Source of the DNA: Squalus acanthias | Lineage: Eukaryota | DNA: 64,000 nucleotides | Reading direction: 5' to 3' | NCBI GenBank assembly: GCA_030390025.1 | Contig: CM059433.1 | Coordinates: 10,976,001-11,040,000, forward strand | Part shown: piece after piece, positions 36,074 through 49,285 of the stretch | Layout: every line of letters starts with the position of its first letter | Numbering within the stretch: the stretch's first letter is position 1 | Translations under genes and position numbers: made by a program | Notes under the pieces: generated by a model | The model's input: only the letters and a program-made list of their open reading frames with translations | Databases searched by the model: none | What the model was told of the DNA's origin: nothing

Positions 36074-36814
36074 GGGCCAAAAATTGCGGTTTGTGGCATA
36101 TCTCCAGAGTACGGCATCGACCTGCGAAAAGAATACACACCTACCTGATGGCAGCCCTGCTGCGTAATCTTGCGAGGAGGAGGGCAGCGCAATGGCCCAC
36201 GGATCCCAGTGATGCAGCCTGTGCAGAAGCGTACCTGGGATCACGTGGGCCTGGTCCTCCAATCAGAAAACAGATCGTCTTTCATTCATTTAAGTTGCCA
36301 CATCACTTCATTACTACAGCCGTTAAAATACATGAGAGATTTCGCTTTGATCGTGGGAATCCAATTCATTACTCATAATTCCCACTTCTAAACAAATACT
36401 ATGCACTGTGCAGAAAGTTATGAAATGTAAACGTTATTTAAAAAAACCCTGCAGCTTAAACATACACTAGAATTGCTTCTCATTAAAGCTTTTAATGTTT
36501 CTGGATGTCATTTATTTATTTTTTAAAAAGCTTTTTTTTTCATTTCGGGTTATCCCCTTACGCTGTGGAAACAGGCTCTGCGCCTGTTTGCACCAGCCGT
36601 AAAATTTCCTACGTAATTGCTGGGCAGTTGGGGGGGCAATTAGCCCAACTCTGCGCCGGCAATTAGGTTTTCGGTGGTGGAGCGGGTGGCCCGTCAATGC
36701 GTACGTTGACAGACCGCAAGTTCGGGATTCAGCGCGTGCGGAAACCCCGAACTTACGGTGGATTTCAATGGCGGGAGGATGGCGTACTCTGAGAGTACCA
36801 CAAAATCCGGGCAC
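36074..36814. mobile_element. Harbinger-type MITE
   Basis: Ends gggccaaaaattg / caaaatccgggcac; GC-rich arms with an AT-rich centre; interrupts the SINE. Confidence 0.6.
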
Positions 36815-38613
36815 TTTTAGCCAAGGGGCCCCACCTGCCCTCTCAAGTGGATGAAAAAATTACTCGTGGCACTATTCAAAAAAGAGCAGGAGAATTCTCC
36901 CGGTGTCCTGGCCATTATTTATCCCTCAACCAACACCGAAAAACAAATTATCTGTTCGTTTATCTCACTGCTACTTGTGGGACCTCTGCTCTGTGCAAAT
37001 TGCCTGCCGCGTTTTGCTACATTTCAACAGTGACTACACTTCAAAAGTACTTATTTGGAATGTAAAGTGCTTTGGACATCCTGAGGGTGTGTGAGAGGCG
37101 CTATATAAATGCAAGTTCTTTCTTTAGGTTGAGAGGATATATGTGTCTGATCCCTGCAAGTCTACTGGTATTTATGCATGAGATCCTAGTGTCCAGCAAT
37201 AGTGTGTATCGTGAATCCCTGACAATTTAGTTAAGGCTTCTCCGCTAGGCAACTAATCCTTTCAAAATTAAAATATCAAATTCCAATTTGGTGCATCTAG
37301 AATTTGACTTCTCTGAAAGCAAACCTGAAGTCCGCATTTATCCGAAAAGCTCATCTCTACCAAATAGGATTTAAATCTGACACACTCCAAACAGTAACAG
37401 GAGGACTGCGGCAGAGCTTTTTTTGAACATGAAATACAATCGGACTAATAACTGCTTGCTGCTGAAACTCAGTCATGTTGAGTGATTCACAAGCAGCAAA
37501 TTTGTATCTCTCACCAGCAAACACAGCTCCGGTCACTTTTCAGAAATGGCCAACGCAAGATAATCTATGAATCCGAAAATCTCAAAAAGAACCACTTAAA
37601 ATTTGTAACAGAGCAGACAAACAGTTTTCCCAAAGTGATTGAATTAATGATAACACGATTCCACTATTGATCGGACTCCATAGCTGCAGGACATTAAATA
37701 GGAAACTGAGATAAATGAAATATAAACAAAAAACCTATTATTACTTACTCACTGATCAAAGTTCAGGAGGGTGAAATATGCAGAGATTTTATCCATATGG
37801 ATACCATACTTTTCTTTATAATCTACATGTGCTAACTTGTGAGTCTCGTCGTTGGTTGGGGGCGGGGGGGGGGGGGGGGGTGGAAATGTGTGTCTGCGTG
37901 TCAGTCCTTTCTCAGTCTGAACATTTAGCTGCTCTTTGAGATGCCTGAGATGGTCGTTGTGATTTATATTAGTCGGCAGTTTCACTGCTATTTACAGTTC
38001 AAAATTATTGTTACAACGCGTTCCTATGTCTCTCTGGCCCTAACTAGTTCAGCTACAGCGGTCCCTACATGTCAACAGTGTCCACATTTCAACAGCACTT
38101 TCTTGGCAGTAAAAGCGCTTTGGGACACCCTGAGGTCGTGAAAGGCGGCTATATAAATGCAGGTTCTTTCTTTAGAGAATAAAAACAGATTGAGCTGTTA
38201 TATTGACAACAATAGCAACTAGTTCTTTATTTTGTGTCATCGTTAAATCATCAACTTGAGTAAAATAACGCTAATAATTTGATGAATAAGGATATTTCGG
38301 AGTCTGATTGTACACTGTAACAATGTGCCGCCTCTGCTTTGGCACTGGCTCTGCAGATTTACTCAACAACTCATAGTTAGTGCCATATTAACCATTTATC
38401 TAAATCTGTTGGGAGCAAATGTATTTTCATGTTTTATAAGTAAATGCTTAAGGGCAGTTCCACTCGCGCAACAAGTTCATCCATAGCGCTAAGTAACCAA
38501 AACCAATCCCTTGTGCGCTTGTGTGTGGCTATGGTTCTCAATGTCTCTTTATAACCCTGAGTGGTTCTGTGGTTCTCTTCTCTCTAACCCAGGATGTGTT
38601 TTTTTCTTTCTCT

Positions 38614-41600
38614 CTTTTTTTTATTCGTTTATGGGATGTGGGTGTCGCTGGCAAGGCCAGCATTTATTGCCGACCCCTAATTGCCCTTGAGAAGGTGGTG
38701 GTGAGCCGCCGTCTTGAACCGCCGCAGTCCGTGTGGTGATGGTGCTCCCACAGTGCTGTTAGGGAGGAAGTGCCAGGATTTTGACCCGGCGACGATGAAG
38801 GATCGGCGATATATTTCTAAGTCAGGATGGTGTGTGACTTGGAGATGGTGGTGTTCCCATGCGCCTGCTGCCCTTGTCCTTCTAGGTGGAAGAGGTCGCG
38901 GGTTTGGGAGGTGCTGCTGAAGAAGCCTTGGCGAGTTGCTGCAGTGCATCTTGTGGATGGTACACACTGCAGCCACGGTACGCCAGTGGTGGAGTGAGTG
39001 AATGTTTAAGGTGGTGGATGGGGTGCCAATCAAGCGGGCTGCTTTGTCCTGGATGGTGTCGAGCTTCTTGAGTGTTGTTGGAGCTGCACTCACCCAGGCA
39101 AGTGGAGAGTATTCCATCACACTCCTTACTTGTGCCTTGTAGATGGTGGAAAGGCTTTGGGGAGTCAGGAGGTGAGACACTCGCCGCAGAATACCTAGCC
39201 TCTGACCTGCTCTTGTTGCCACAGGATTTATGTGGCTGGTCCAGTTAAGTTTCTGATCAATGGTGACCCCCAGGATGTTGATGGTGGGGGATTCAGCGGT
39301 GGTTAGACTCTCGCTTGTTGGAGATAGTCATTGCCTGGCACTTCTGTGGCGCGAATGTTACCTGCCACTTATCAGCCCGAGCCTGAACGACGTCCAGGTC
39401 TTGTTGCATGCGGGCATGGACTGCTTCATTATCTGACGAGTTGCGAATGGCACTAAATAGGTGTGGAGGTCACAGAGTAGTTGTCATGGGTGACTTCAAC
39501 TTTCCAAATATTGATTGGAACCTTTATAGGTCAAACAGTTCGGATGGGATAGTTTTTGCACAGTGTGTGCAGGAGGGTTTCCTGACACAATATGTGGATA
39601 GGCCGACAAGAGGTGGGGCCACGTTGGATTTGGTACTGGGTAATGAACCGGGCCAAGTGTTTGATTTGTATGTGGGAGAGCACTTTGGAGATAGTGACCA
39701 CAATTCGGTAACTTTCACTATTGCAATGGAGAGGGATAGGGCCATACGGCAGGGCAGGGTTTATAATTGGGGGAGGGGTAATTATGATGCGATTAGGCAA
39801 GAATTAGGGAGTATAAGATGGGAACAGAAACTATCAGGGAAAGGCACAAACGAAAAGTGGAGCTTTTTCATGGAGCAATTACTGCGTGTCCTTGATAGGT
39901 ATGTCCCTGTCAGGCAGGGAGGAAATGGCCGAGTGAGAGAACCATGGTTCACAAAAGAGGTTGAATGTCTAGTCAAGAGGAAAAAGGAAGCGTATGTAAG
40001 GATGAGAAAACAAGGTTCAGTTGGGTCGATTGAGGGGTACAAGGTAGCAAGGAATGAACTAAAAAAAGAGCTTAGGAGATCTAGGAGGGGGCATGAGAAG
40101 TCCTTGGCGGGTCGGATCAAGAAAAACCCCAAGGCTTTTTACTCTTATGTGAGAAATAAAAGAATGACCAGGGTGAGGGTAGGGCCGGTCAAGGACAGTA
40201 GTGGGAACTTGTGCATGGAGTCAGAAGAGATAGGAGAGGTGATGAATGAATACTTTTTGTCAGTGTTTACCGAGGAGAGGGGCCATGTTCTTGAGGATGA
40301 GAGTGTGATAAAGGTGGATAGGCTGGAGGTGGTAGATGTTCTGAGGGAAGATGTTTTAGCAATTTTGAAGAACCTGAGGGTCGATAAGTCCCCTGGGCCA
40401 GATGGGATATATCCTAGGATTCTTTGGGAGGCAAGGGAGGAGATTGCAGAGCCTCTGGCTTTGATCTTTGGGTCCTCACTGTCCACGGGGATGGTGCCAG
40501 AGGACTGGAGAGTGGCGAATGTTGTTCCTCTCTTCAAGAAAGGAAATAGGAATGACCCTGGTAATTATTGGCCGGTTAGTCTTACTTCGGTGGTTGGTAA
40601 GATAATGGAAAAGGTCCTGAGGGATAGGATTTATGACCATTTGGAAAGGGGCAACTTAATCAGGGATAGTCAACGCGGATTCGTGAAGGGTAAGTCTTGC
40701 CTAACAAATTTGATTGAATTCTTTGAGGAGGTAACTAAGTGTGTAGATGAAGGTAGAGCAGTTGATGTCGTATACATGGATTTTAGTAAGGCGTTTGATA
40801 AGGTTCCCCATGGTCGTCTCATGAAGAAAGTAAGGAGTTGTGGGATAGAGGGAAATTTGGCCGATTGGATAAGTAACTGGCTATCTCATAGAAGGCAGAG
40901 GGTGGTGGTGGATGGAACATTTTCGGACTGGAGACCAGTTACCAGCGGTGTGCCACAGGGGTCGGTGCTGGGTCCTCTGCTGTTTGTGATTTTTATCAAT
41001 GACTTGGAGGAGGGGACTGAAGGGTGGATCAGTAAATTTGCTGATGACACCAAGATTGGTGGAGTAGTGGATGAGGTGGAGGGCAGTTGTAGGCTGCAAA
41101 GAGACATTGATAGGATGCAGAGCTGGGCCGAAAAATGGCAGATGGAATTTAACCCTGATAAGTGCGAGGTGATTCATTTTGGTAGGGCAAATTTGAATAA
41201 GGATTACAGGGTCAACGGCAGGGTTCTGAGGAACATGGAGGAGCAGAGGGATCTGGGGGTTCATATCCACAGATCTCTGAAGGTTGCCACTCAAGTGGAT
41301 AGAGCAGTAAAGAAGGCCTATGGTGTGTTGGCGTTTATTAACAGAGGGTTTGAGTTTAAGAACCGTGAGGTTATGCTGCAACTGTACAGGACCTTGGTGA
41401 GACCACATTTGGAATATTGTGTGCAGTTCTGGTCACCTCACTATAGGAAGGACGTGGAAGCATTGGAAAGAGTGCAAAGGAGATTTACCAGGATGCTGCC
41501 TGGTTTGGGGGGGAGGTCTTATGAGGAAAGATTGAGGGAGTTGGGGCTTTTCTCTTTAGAGCGGAGGAGGATGAGAGGCGACTTAATAGAGGTTTATAAG

Positions 41601-42115
41601 ATGATGAGGGGGATAGATAGAGTGGATGTTCAGAGACTATTTCCTCGAGTAGAGGCAGCTGTTACAAGGGGGCATAACTATAAGGTGCATGGGGGGAGAT
41701 ATAGAAGGGATGTCCGAGGTAGATTCTTTACTCAGAGAGTGGTTGGGGTGTGGAATGGACTGCCTGCTGTGATAGTGGAGTCGGACACTTTAGGAACTTT
41801 CAAGCGGTTATTGGATAAGCACATGGAGCACACCAGAGTGATAGGGAGTGTGATAGCTTGATCTTGGTCTCGGACAATGCTCGGCACAACATCGAGGGCC
41901 GAAGGGCCTGTACTGTGCTGTACTGTTCTATGTATCTATGTAACACTGTGCAGTCATCAGCGAACATCCCCGTTTCTGACCTTATGTTGGAGGGAAGGTA
42001 ATTGATGAAGCAGCTGAAGATAGTTGGGCCTAGGACACTGCCCTGAGGAACTCCTGCAGCAATCTCCTGGGGCTGTGATGATTGACCACCAACTACCACA
42101 ACCATCTTCCTTTGT
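38614..42115 (-). mobile_element. CR1-group LINE 3' fragment (second family), split by a younger CR1 into 38614-39456 and 41941-42115
   Basis: Collinear with 34944-35985 across the junction ggcact[insert]aacactgtgcagtc. Confidence 0.88.
39457..41940 (+). mobile_element. Young 5'-truncated CR1 with uninterrupted ORF2 (APE C-terminal half plus full RT)
   Basis: 817-aa ORF 39408..41861: MGDFNFP, LDLVL, SDHN, KSPGPDGI, DFSKAFDKVPH, GVPQGSVLGP, KFADDTK; 3' hairpin and tail. The first ~16 aa come from the flanking element. Confidence 0.95.
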
Positions 42116-42285
42116 CCTATGTGAGTGTTTGTGTTATGTATCTAAGACTATGGCTGAAAGTCCCTCCCAATCTCTCTCCGTCACTTTCTCTGACTCTCCC
42201 CATGTGCCTCTGCTCCTCTGTCATCCTGTCACCCTATGGGTCTAAACTTCTCTCTGTCCTTGTGTCTGATTTTCTCTCTCTCCTT

Positions 42286-45200
42286 GGCTGGAATTTTTAC
42301 CTGTGAGGCGAGTCGGATGCGGAGGGGCTGTGTAGCGGGTCGGCCTCATGCAACAATCGGCAGCCCGCTGTCCACCTTGTCTTTAACTGAAATGGATCAA
42401 TTGAGTTAGGCCTGCGGGTTTCCCAGCCAATTAAATGGAGCGGGTCTGATGATGTCATCGATGACTCAGATATTTAAAGGGGCCTTCCACACATCACACT
42501 TGAAGGTTGTTGGAGGAGGATCAGAGCTCTTTGGCAGAGGTGTGGTTGTTCAGAAAGTAAAGATTTTCCGGCTGAGGCTTGAGGGAAGCCTGCAGTCCCA
42601 GCAGCAGAAGGCAGCGCCCAGATTCTCTGACTCCTCCCTGGAAACCCTGCACACAGGGACATCCTGTTCCCTGGGGACGGGTGCAAGAGACCTTCCAGTG
42701 AGACCAAGAAGGCATGGTTGGAGATCGCGAGGAGGTCAGCAGCAGGGATGTCGTAAGGCAGGTCATGGATCCAGTGCCGCAAAAAATGTAATGATCTCAT
42801 GAGGTCAGGAAAGGTGAGTGCAATGCGACATTCAACTACATCCTGTGTCACCCTAACCCCATCACTCTGTCTTCCCAAGCCTACTCCTGCACGTCAATCC
42901 TCACACCGACCTACCTTGCAAGGTGCATCCATCCCTCACTCTCTATGCACCAACTCACATCCCCATCTGACTAACCACCACTGACACTCACCTTCGTCCT
43001 GATGCATTCATAGGAAGTATCGCCACAGAAGGAAACCATTTGGCAATGTCACGCCACTCCCTCATAGTCACCCTCTACAGATGTAGCCCATCCATTCCTT
43101 ACGCTCATTCCAGCACTCTCACTCAAAGTTCCCTTTTCTATAGACTCTGGAACAGTTCACATGGATTGGAGAGTAGCTAATGTAACCCTACTATTTAAAA
43201 AAAGTGGTAGAGAGAAAACGGGGAATTATAGACCGGTAAGCCTGACATCGGTAGTGGGGAAAATGCTAGAGTCCATTATAGAAGATGTAATAGCAGAGCA
43301 CTTGGAAAATAGTGACAGGATCGGACAAAGTCAACATGGATTTACAAAAGGTAAATCATGCTTGACTAATCTACTGGAATTTTTTGAAGATGTAACTGGT
43401 AGAATAGATAAGGGAGAACCAGTGGATGTGGTGTATTTGGACTATCAGAAGGCTTTCGATAAGGTCCCGCATAAGAGATTAGCGTGCAAAGTTAAAGCAC
43501 ATGGGATTGGGGGTAAGGTACTGACTTGAATAGAGAACTGGTTGGCAGACAGGAAGCAAAGAGTTGGAATAAATGGGTCTTTTTCCGAGTGGCAGGCAGT
43601 AACTAGTGGGGTACTGCAGGGATCAGTGCTAGGACCCCAGCTATTCACAATATATATTAATGATCTAGACGAGGGAACTAGATGTAATATCTCCAAGTTT
43701 GCAGACGACACAAAGCTGGGTGGGCGTGTGTGCTGTGAGGAGGATGCAGAGAAACTCCAGTATGATTTGGACAAGTTGGGTGATTGGGCAGATGCATGGC
43801 AGATGCAGTATAATGTGGATAAATGCGAGGTTATCCACTTTGGTGGCAGAAACAGGAAGACAGATTATTATCTGAACGGCAATAGATTGGGAAAAGGGGA
43901 AGTGCAACGAGACCTGGGTGTCCTTGTGCACCAGTCGCTGAAGGTAAGCATGCAGGTGCAGCAGACGGTTAAGAAGGCAAATGGTATGTTGGCCTTCATA
44001 GCGAGAGGATTCGAGTACAGGAGCAAGGATGTCTTGCTGCAGTTGTACAGGGCCTTGGTGAGACCACACCTTGAGTATTGTGTGCAGTTTTGGTCGCCTT
44101 ATCTGAGGAAGGATGTTCTTGCCATGGACGGAGTGCAGCGAAGATTCACCAGACTAATACCTGGGATGGCAGGAATGACGTATGACGAGAGATTGGGTCG
44201 ATTAGGCTTATATTCGCTAGAGTTTAGAAGAATGAGAGGGGATCTCATTGAAACTTATAAAATTCTAACAGGACTAGACAGACTAGATGCAGGAAGGATG
44301 TTCCTGATGGCCGGGGAGTCCAGAACCAGGGGTCACAGTCTAAGGATAAGGGGTAGGCCATTTAGGACTGAGATGAGGAGGAATTTCTTCACCCAGAGAG
44401 TGGTGAACCTGTGGAATTCTCGACCACAGAAGGCAGTTGAGGCCAATTCATTAAATATATTCAAGAAGGAGTTAGATATATTTCTTAAGGCTAAAGGGAT
44501 ATGGGGAGAAAGCAGGGACAGGGTACTGAATTTGGATGATCAGCCATGATCTCATTGAATGGCGGAACAGGCTCGAGGGGCCGAATGGCCTACTCCTGCT
44601 CCTATCTTCTATGTTTCTATGTTTCTATGTTTCTTTCCCTCCTTGCAGGAGAAGAGAACCCACAACAACAGGTAGAGGCAACGAACTGGAGGTGGTCCTC
44701 CAATGTTCACCAACTTGACTCCAGCAGAGGAGGAGGCTCTGCAAATCACTGGAGCAGCAGAGCTGCTGGCGGTGGGAGATGGAGAGAGGGGGACCGCCCA
44801 GAAACCTGGTAACAGAATTAAATCTGATACAGTCACAGGGCAATACAAGAGTCACTCGTGGTGACTGATGTCAGCAGCCAGTGAAATGTCATCATGTGCA
44901 TAATGGTAACGTCACACGTTCTTATCATTACATTTCTAATCCATGTCTATATTCTCCCACAGGTCCATCAAGTTCCTCCCCTCCCACCACTGTCCAGCCA
45001 GAGAAGGAAGACAACTCCTCAGAGGAAGCTCTACTCTCTGAGGGTGCAGTGTCAGCAGACCCAAGCGCACCCAGCACCAGCGCAGATGCGCACACCTCGG
45101 TGGGTCCAGCGAGATATAGAGCAGTGTTGTCACCTGGTGTCTCACAGATCACAAGTGAGCAAGCGCAGATGGTGTTGACAGGGGCAGAGTGAAGACTCCT

Positions 45201-45722
45201 CGCTGGAGGGCACAGGACACTCCAAGCTCTGCTCAGCTGCATGCAGAGGCTGAGCCTCGGGGGCCATCGAGAAAGAGGGTGATCTTGGAGGAGCAGCAAC
45301 AATTGCACGAGGCTCTGGCAGCTTTTCCAGCTGTGATGTGTGCGACTGTAGAGAGAATGGAGGAGTCCATCCCCAACATGAGCACCACCATCTCGCAGGC
45401 GATGGCGACGATGTGCTGTTCCGTGGAAAGGATGGCCACAAGCACGGAGCAGCAAATGCGCCAGTCTAACGAGAACATGCTTGCTGTGGACAACAGATTG
45501 TAGACGCTCATTGACCTCATCTCGAGGAGGGATACCAACATAGACTTGGGTGTTCATCGCCCCACTGCTGTGCAGCAAGGTGCTCTCCAGCTCCTTCCGA
45601 GCAGGGAAGTGCGGGTGGCCCATGAGAGGGATGATGGTGAGAGGGAACATGGAAGTGGGGGCTCTGCTCAAAGCACTCCCACTTCTCCCCCTTTGCCTCC
45701 CCCTCAGTCAGAGCCCCACATG
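42286..45722 (+). mobile_element. PIF/Harbinger transposon with a three-exon Myb/SANT gene remnant; right end not found
   Basis: Left end ggctggaattttt. Exon 1 KAAPRFSDSSLE...AWLEIARR...WIQCRKKCNDL ends AAG|gtgagt (42813). Exon 2 44649-44808 EKRTHN...RTGGGPP...LTPAEEEALQI. Exon 3 starts 44963. Confidence 0.8.
43133..44632 (+). mobile_element. 5'-truncated CR1 inserted in intron 1 of the Harbinger Myb gene
   Basis: DWRVANVT.LFKK through RT to the tail; in-frame stop at ~43527. Confidence 0.95.
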
Positions 45723-45724
45723 CT

Positions 45725-46090
45725 GCCTTTTCAAGTGGAGTCACTGTTGTAATGTGGGAAACGCGGCAGCCAATTTGCGCACAGCAAGCTCCCACAAACA
45801 GCAATATGATAATGATCAGATAATCTGTTTTTGTTATGTTGATGGAGGGATAAGTATTGGCCAGGACACCAGGGATAACCCCCCTGCTCTTCTTCAAAAT
45901 AGTGCCACGGGATCTTTTACGTCCACCTGAGAGGGCAGACGGGGCCTCGGTTTAACGTCTCATCCGAAAGAAGGCACCTCCGAAAGTGCAGCACCCCCTC
46001 AGCACTGCACTGGAGTGTCAGCCTAGGCTTTTTTTGTGCTCAAGCCTCTGGAGTGTGACTGGAAGTCACAACCTTCTGACTCAGAGGCGA
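45725..46090 (-). mobile_element. SacSINE1-like SINE
   Basis: Deu core and partial tRNA head on the minus strand. Confidence 0.85.
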
Positions 46091-47675
46091 CGGTGGTTGA
46101 AGCAGCCATTATTCTATGGGAGGATGAATAGGAGAGGCACACACCGAGGGGGAGCACAGTAAGGAGAAGGCCAAGTACATGTGAGATGGGGTATCTTGCC
46201 CAAGCTGAGGAGCAGTGTGTAAGGAGGCTCAGGATGATCATTGTTGGAGGTAATTACTGAGGTCTAGTGTTATGGGTGTTGACAGATCACCAATACCTCA
46301 CCCAAGTGACTGTGGACGGCATCACATTCAATTCCAATCCTGTTTACACCTGATGTCCACACACAACTACTTCCAGGAAGGTTCAGCCTCTTGATCTCTA
46401 TACCTTATTATTAATATGTTACTAAGCTGCTTTCACGATTTCCTGTCACTGAGCCAACTTCAAATGTGACTTCATCCTTTCTGCTTCTAATCACGGTGAG
46501 ATAACACTGTTGAGCTCATCATGCGGCAATGTTGTCTAGAATTAGTAATTGACCAAAACCAGAGAATATTATGTCCTTTTGACCCTTCTTCACTCTAGAT
46601 TTTTGCTCTCACATCATAGATTACTCTCCTAGTTCAGTGCCAATTGCCTGTGCTTTACTACGCAGGTAAACAGTTGGTCAAGTACCCCAGGACAACTCTG
46701 GTCTGCCAATTATTTTATTAATCTAACTGGAATTATCTTCTGGACAAACAGGATCTAATCCTTGCTAAGTGATAGAGCACATTATAAAATAGCAATCAAA
46801 TTTATGAAATAAATAATGCATAAGTTTACACACACACATATGGACGCATTTAGTATCAATAACACTAAACAACTGATCATAAGCCCCCCCCCCGCAAACC
46901 CTAACCCAAGCCACGGTGTCAATATATATATATCTATGTGTGGTGTGTGTGCATTTACATATATTTACAACAGAAATTCTACCACCTATCTCCTCGAAGG
47001 GGAAAATAACAAAAGGTCGCGATTTAAATCCTGCCCTGTATCGCTATGAATAACTGTTATATTCACCGCTCTGCTCTTTGTCTCCTTATGAACTGTGAAA
47101 GCCCGCTGAAATCTGCCTGCCTCTCTCGGAGGATTCAGTTTGGTCGATTCAGCTACATTTGGGAGGACTGTTGTCTATCTGCTCCCATTTCATGAGCTCT
47201 GGCAACCGGTCAAAAATAATCATAAATTCCTGAACTGCCAGCCTCATTCAAAAAATAAATAAACAGGCGGTCGTATTCGAAACTGAATTAACGTCTGCAT
47301 ATATTTGAAAATCATATAATAGGCCACCCCTCAGGTCTGTTGCCAAGGAGACTGTAACAACAAACTTTACAACAACAACAAAAAACGGAACAAAATAAGT
47401 TTGACGGTGCAGGTGTCCTTTTAAAGTCTCACGCATTGCGTCTGACTTAAAGGCACTGCTACCAGAAGACAGAACGACTTCATATTGGTGCAATGGTGGT
47501 CGAGCAGAAGCACTGTGTTTTCAATGATAACTCAAAATTGCCAGGACCCAGGCTCACACCTACCATACCCCACACAGTTTGTGCATCACCCTTCTGGTAA
47601 ATCCCGTTGGGGAGGGTACAGAGCAGCTTTGGCACAGCCCTCAGAACAGACCGCCTGCCATGCTTTCAGCCAAGG

Positions 47676-48126
47676 AAAAAGAAAGACTTGCATTTCTATA
47701 GCGCCTTTCACGACCACCAGACGTCTCAAAGCGCTTTTGAAGTGTAGTCACTGTTGTAATGTGGGAAACGCGGCAGCCAATTTGCACACAGCAAGCTCCC
47801 ACAAACAGCAATGTGATAATGACCAGATAATCTGTTTCTGTTATGTTGATTGAGAGATAAATATTGGCCCCAGGACACCGGGGATTACTCCCCTGCTCTT
47901 CTTCGAAATAGTGCCATGGGATCTTTTAAATTCACCTGAGAGAACAGACGGGGCCTCGGTTTAATGTCTCATCTGAAAGACGGCACCTCCGACAGTGCAG
48001 CACTCCCTCAGCACTGCACTGGAGTGTCAGCCTAGCTTTATGTGCTCAATTCCCTGGAGTGGAACTTGAACCCACAACCTCCTGAGTCAGAGGCGAGTGT
48101 GCTGCCCACTGAGCCACGGCTGACAC
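47676..48126 (-). mobile_element. Full-length SacSINE1-like SINE
   Basis: Head gtgtcagccgtggctcagtggg, B-box ggttcaagttcc, Deu core, tail ggcgctatagaaatgcaagtctttc. Confidence 0.92.
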
Positions 48127-49285
48127 TGGTATGAGTGGTATGTGAGCTTGGGAGACTCAAGAAATTAAAATGAATAAACAATGAAGAAAAACTGGTAAGA
48201 TAACTGAACATTAAAGCACTTTAAAATGCTTGGGGTGGGAGGGGGTGGGGTATCAATGGGGCATTACAAGGTGCCTCTGGGTTACAGAGGGGAAAATCAG
48301 TTGAGAATCCTGGTCCTGATAATTATCCAGTGACCTCTGTTGGAAATGCACTTGTATGGACATTAGATGAGGACAGGATAGGGTTCAGCTATGATGCCCC
48401 ATACAGTCAAATAGCCTGCCAACATGAATAAATGTCACTTAAGTGAAGTATCAAAGGATGGAAAGGTAGCCCAGTAAGGTGGCAAAACCTTCAGAGGAGG
48501 ATGGGAGGAGGCAAAATTGACAAGCCAAAAATAGAACTGCAGGTTTTTGCCGAGTTGATCCTAAACATAACAAGACAGAATTTACTGTAGCTGGCGAATG
48601 AATGGCACCTGCTGATCATTAGACTTGCCCTTGCATTTCCATGAGCTTTTACACGGCAAGCTGCTGCAAGTGGGAGATCGAAACGGCCTGGCCCCCTCTC
48701 CAGGGCATCTGGGACCTGTGTATCTCCACAACCAATCAGATTGAAGGATTATGATATGAACAGTGCAGAGTCTAAACCAGGAAGTATCAATTAGAATAGT
48801 GAATTCAATGTCAAATTAGGTACAGAAAGCAAAATAGAGAGAGGAAAAGAAAGATTGGATTAAGAGAGGGAAAAAAGACTGCAAGAAAAAGTAAAAAAAA
48901 GTAATTAAATTTAAAAAAAAATCTCCAGCAACAATTAAAAGCTGAAGGAATGAAACTCCACTTAGACTGAAATGGACAATACTTCACTTTCTGTGGAGAG
49001 TTTAGTCCGTATTTACGACGTCAGTACAGGAACTTCACGCCGTTCAGTGTGTTTGAATGGGGAGCCAGTGAGCGAGGAGCCGATTTTGCAAAGCTAACGG
49101 TGAAGCAACGCATCTCGGACAGCAACTTTTGGATTTTTGTGTTTAACCGCGCATCTGCCCCTCACCTGAAGTTGCTGTGCGATTTGCACATAAATAATGG
49201 TGAGCGCCATTATCCTCACTGCTAGTTTCACAGGAAAATTGTTACAATTTACAATAAATCCTTCAAAGAATTCCTTCACTTCAAT

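Larger units (their letters stand above)
34867..37125 (+). mobile_element. SacSINE1-like SINE split into three pieces (34867-34940, 35990-36073, 36815-37125)
   Basis: Head, middle and Deu/tail segments are collinear around a LINE and a MITE. Confidence 0.75.

Noticed and set aside
39524..41408. Antisense ORFs over CR1, L2 and RTE copies (here and elsewhere)
   Set aside because: Shadow frames of LINE ORF2 that recur in every copy.
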